Below are positions 60,984 to 64,000 of a DNA stretch of 64,000 nucleotides, one piece after another. The DNA is taken from the NCBI GenBank assembly GCA_947630605.1, contig CANRIO010000002.1:9-64008 (forward strand), in the 5' to 3' direction. A program made the position numbers and the translations under genes. Under the pieces are notes generated by a model, which did not search any database, was not told the DNA's origin, and worked only from the letters and a program-made list of their open reading frames with translations. Source of the DNA: an uncultured Clostridia bacterium. GTDB taxonomy: Bacteria > Bacillota > Clostridia > Christensenellales > Borkfalkiaceae. Numbering within the stretch: the stretch's first letter is position 1; each line of letters begins with the position of its first letter.

Positions 60984-63152
60984 ATGAAAAAAGTAATCTC
61001 GATCTTCAAGAAATTCAAAGGTTTCTTGCTTGCGTCCTTCCTCGTCGCCCTGGCCTTCCTTGCGGTGGGCCTCGGCACGCTCGGCTCCACCTACTCGGCG
61101 GGTTCGGCCTTCGAGCTCGAGGAAGTGAAGCGGCACGAGGACAGCAGCAGGCCCGCCGTCATCTTCCGTCTCCCTTCAAGTTTTCCGGATTCGGAAAAGA
61201 CGGTGAGCATCGTGGACGTGTATGTGAACGTCGCCGTCATCTACAAAGAGGCGGGGACGCCCGTCACCCTCACCCTTCAGCGCTCGACGAGCAGCCGCTC
61301 CACGGATGTGAACAAGACCAGCTGGTACACCTCGTCGACCTATAAGTTCGACGGCACGCTCGAGAATTTCTATACGCCCGAGCCCGTCCTCGACGACAAG
61401 GGGAACCCTCCCAAGGACTATAAGGTGCCCACGGCGACGAATGAATTCTATCGCTTCAGTGCGCCCTTCACTTCCGCCATCAACAAGAGGACGTGGTCGA
61501 TGTCCTCCACCACCTCCTATTGGGGGCTCACGGTGAGCGGCGGCAACGTGCTCTTGAACGAGGTCGTCTTCATCGGCGAACGCGAGACGGACACGGCGGG
61601 GGAGAAGGAAAAAGTTGTCATCCCCGGCGTCGAAGTCGTGTATGCGGTCCACGGGGAAGAGGATCCCGAACGGGCAAAATTGCCCGCACAGGCCCTCGTC
61701 GACGCACAGCCGAAGAGCGTCCCTTCCCTCGAACCCACCACATATTCCCGCTTCACAAAGGGGGAGATCCCGACGCTCATGACCATCTCCGAGATGCGCC
61801 GCGGCAATGCCTTTGCGACCAACGCCGATCCCGAAGCGATCGCCGCCGTCGACACCTATCATGCCGACGAGGTCTACGGCGCATTCGGGACGGACTTCAT
61901 CGCCCTCGGCGCGGCCATCTTCGGCCTCTCGCCCTTCGGCGTCCGCTTCTTCCCGCTGCTTGCGGCCTTCGGTGCGCTCCTCGTCTTGTCCCGCTTTGCG
62001 GCAAGGCTCTTAAAGAGTGAGAAGGCGGGCTTTGCGTTCGCCCTGCTCTTTGCGACGGCGGGCATCACGCTCTCCCTCGCCCATGTGGGGACCCCCCTCA
62101 TGATCGGCATCTTCTTCTTCGCATGCGCCCTCGACCTCGTCCACCGCTTCTATGCGAAGGGCATGAAGAAGGCACGTCTGCTCTCCACGATGCCCCTCCT
62201 CGCGGCGGGCCTTTTCGGAGCGGCCGCGATCTGCGTGAACGGCGCATTCATCATCCCCATGGCGGGCGTCGTCGCCCTCTTCGTCCTCGGCATGTTCCGT
62301 ATGAAAAAGTCCCGCGACCATCAGCTCGAAAAGATCGTCGAGGAGCCCGAAGATGCTCCCGTGCCCGCAAACGCCTCCGCGCTCCAGAGCGCACAGGAGG
62401 GGGAGGTCCTCGCAAGGGAGACGCGCGAACAGCGTGCCGCCAAAGTGCTCTCCGATCACCGTTTCAAGCGGGTCGCCGCACCGCTCATCTTCGGCGCGGG
62501 CCTCATCGTGGGCGCCTTCCTCTTTGCCCTCGTCGGCATGATCCCCGCCTACTACGCCTACCTCAAACTCTACGACAATCCCGCTTCGCCCTCGCTCAAT
62601 GTCTTTGCCCTCGCATGGCACACGTTCGCGAACGGCTTTGTGGGCAGTAACGCCTTTGCGGGCGACACGACGTGGAACTTCTTCTACACCCTCTTCCGCT
62701 CCGAGGCAAGCTTCAAGCAACCCGCGGGGACGGTCTTCTCCGTGCTCGGCTTCTGCGTGAACTGGGCCGCCATGCTCGCCGCGCTTGCGGGCATCGTCTT
62801 TGCCGTCGTAAAGCTCATCTCGCTCGTCAAGAATAAGGCGGACGCCAAGGCGACGCGCATCACCCTCCGCCGCACCCTCATCCCGCTCGTCCTTCTGTGC
62901 CTTTCCCTCATCGCGGCCGTGAGCGTGAAGACGGGCCTTGTCTTCGTCCTGCTCGCATGGCTTCTCTCCTTCGTGCTCGCCGCCTCCTTCTTCGGCGGGA
63001 AGCATGAGGGGAAGACGGCGACGGCCGTGAAGATTGTAAATATCGTAAATATCGTCGGCATGGTACTGCTTGTTGCGGTGTTCGGACTGCTCCTCGTGTT
63101 CAACCTCGGCATCCCGCTTCCCGCAAATATCCTTGCAAAAATCTTCGGATAA
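60984..63152 (+). CDS. Polytopic membrane protein, a putative GT-C-fold (PMT/ArnT-like, GT39-type) glycosyltransferase with a large inserted extracytoplasmic domain.
   Basis: 722 aa. An N-terminal TM helix is followed by a ~270-aa soluble insert. Then comes a DE-type loop motif (YHADEVYGAFGTDF) followed by about 10 TM helices. The family assignment rests on motif resemblance only. Confidence 0.5.
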   Translation: MKKVISIFKKFKGFLLASFLVALAFLAVGLGTLGSTYSAGSAFELEEVKRHEDSSRPAVIFRLPSSFPDSEKTVSIVDVYVNVAVIYKEAGTPVTLTLQRSTSSRSTDVNKTSWYTSSTYKFDGTLENFYTPEPVLDDKGNPPKDYKVPTATNEFYRFSAPFTSAINKRTWSMSSTTSYWGLTVSGGNVLLNEVVFIGERETDTAGEKEKVVIPGVEVVYAVHGEEDPERAKLPAQALVDAQPKSVPSLEPTTYSRFTKGEIPTLMTISEMRRGNAFATNADPEAIAAVDTYHADEVYGAFGTDFIALGAAIFGLSPFGVRFFPLLAAFGALLVLSRFAARLLKSEKAGFAFALLFATAGITLSLAHVGTPLMIGIFFFACALDLVHRFYAKGMKKARLLSTMPLLAAGLFGAAAICVNGAFIIPMAGVVALFVLGMFRMKKSRDHQLEKIVEEPEDAPVPANASALQSAQEGEVLARETREQRAAKVLSDHRFKRVAAPLIFGAGLIVGAFLFALVGMIPAYYAYLKLYDNPASPSLNVFALAWHTFANGFVGSNAFAGDTTWNFFYTLFRSEASFKQPAGTVFSVLGFCVNWAAMLAALAGIVFAVVKLISLVKNKADAKATRITLRRTLIPLVLLCLSLIAAVSVKTGLVFVLLAWLLSFVLAASFFGGKHEGKTATAVKIVNIVNIVGMVLLVAVFGLLLVFNLGIPLPANILAKIFG

Positions 63153-63177
63153 ATCAAATCGCACATAGGAGATAGAT

Positions 63178-64000
63178 ATGATCGCGAAAATCATCTGTTA
63201 CGCCTTGAACGGGCTCGAGGGGGTGCCCGTCGAGGTGGAGACGGACGTCAACAAGGGCGTCCCGTCCTACGACATGGTGGGCCTTCCCGATACGGCGGTC
63301 AAAGAGAGCAAGGAGCGTGTGCGCTCCGCCCTCAAAAACAGCGGGCTTCTGTTCCCCATGAACCGCATCACCATCAACTTCGCCCCCGCGGACATCAAGA
63401 AGGAGGGCGCCTCCTTCGACCTTGCGGTGGCGATCAGCCTCCTCAAGGCGAGCGAACAGCTCTTCGGCGCGGACGTGAAGGACATCGTCTTCTTGGGCGA
63501 ACTCGCCCTGAACGGGGACCTTCGTCCCATCGCGGGGCTCCTTCCCATCCTCATCTCGGCGAAGGGCCACGGCTTCACCCGCTTCATCATCCCCGCCGCG
63601 AATGCGCAGGAAGCGCGCTTTTTGGGCGGGGCGGAGATCTATCCCGCGGCGACCCTTTCGGAGGTCGTAGACCATCTCATCGGCACCGCCGTCATCGAAC
63701 CGCTCGAGACCGCCATGTTCGTCCCGCATGCGGGGACGAAGGGCTCCGCGGACCTTCGCTTCGTCAAGGGCCAGCCCATGGCGAGGCGCGCCCTCGAGAT
63801 CGCCGTTGCCGGCGGACACAACGTCCTCATGAGCGGCCCTCCCGGAACGGGCAAGACGATGCTCGCCCGCTGTCTTCCCACGATCATGCCCGACCTCACC
63901 TTCGAAGAGGCCCTCGAGATCACCAAGATCCACTCCGTGGCGGGCGTTCTCGGGGAGGAGGGCATCGTCACCGAACGGCCCTTCCGCACCCCGCACCACA
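63178..64000 (+). CDS. comM: YifB/ComM-family Mg-chelatase-like AAA+ ATPase. Only the N-terminal 274 codons are present; the gene continues past the window end.
   Basis: Absent from the track because it is open at the edge. AGGAG RBS. MIAKIICYALNGLEGVPVEVETDV..., a Lon-like N-domain (FDLAVAISLL) and Walker A MSGPPGTGKTMLA. Confidence 0.9.
   Translation, partial: MIAKIICYALNGLEGVPVEVETDVNKGVPSYDMVGLPDTAVKESKERVRSALKNSGLLFPMNRITINFAPADIKKEGASFDLAVAISLLKASEQLFGADVKDIVFLGELALNGDLRPIAGLLPILISAKGHGFTRFIIPAANAQEARFLGGAEIYPAATLSEVVDHLIGTAVIEPLETAMFVPHAGTKGSADLRFVKGQPMARRALEIAVAGGHNVLMSGPPGTGKTMLARCLPTIMPDLTFEEALEITKIHSVAGVLGEEGIVTERPFRTPHH

Overview
This is a 64-kb chromosomal segment from a high-GC (by eye about 60-65%) Gram-positive, Clostridia/Firmicutes-like anaerobe. 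That placement is an inference from Bacillus-type gene order, lipobox lipoproteins, a SpoIIE-type phosphatase and an FprA plus rubredoxin pair. I call 52 protein genes, two of them cut by the window edges. I saw no rRNA or tRNA genes, no CRISPR array, and no transposase, integrase or phage genes.

The housekeeping blocks, in order, are:
- a nifS-like gene
- rpsF-ssb-rpsR
- cca
- a lipid kinase plus a PP2C phosphatase
- yfcE-cls
- rpmE, a DUF1385::prmC fusion, prfA and an aminotransferase
- a thrC-like gene, trpS and a RumA-type methyltransferase
- fprA-rubredoxin
- lon-engB
- rpsB-tsf, then an insertion, then pyrH-frr-uppS-cdsA-dxr-rseP
- thiT behind a TPP riboswitch
- mnmG, dnaA, recF, rplS and comM

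Interspersed are five lipobox lipoproteins. Three surface-protein genes look lower in GC (the 1218-aa, 2018-aa and 375-aa LRR products), and there is also a 797-aa lipoprotein.

The signals I rate highest are:
1. The 9/10-mer CCATGTCCG(A) and its complement recur about 20 times on both strands, in coding and intergenic DNA. A composition-only estimate predicts fewer than one copy.
2. At least five families of nested palindromic intergenic repeats fill about ten intergenic sites.
3. A 7.2-kb repeat-flanked insertion carrying a giant modular lipoprotein gene splits the normally contiguous rpsB-tsf-pyrH-frr cluster.
4. Several gene-level oddities: a DUF1385-PrmC fusion, a ThrC homologue without the PLP lysine, a J-like protein without HPD, and a dnaA gene without dnaN or clustered DnaA boxes.

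All family names come from motif recognition by eye; no searches were run. Many long ORFs in the six-frame track are antisense shadows typical of GC-rich DNA.
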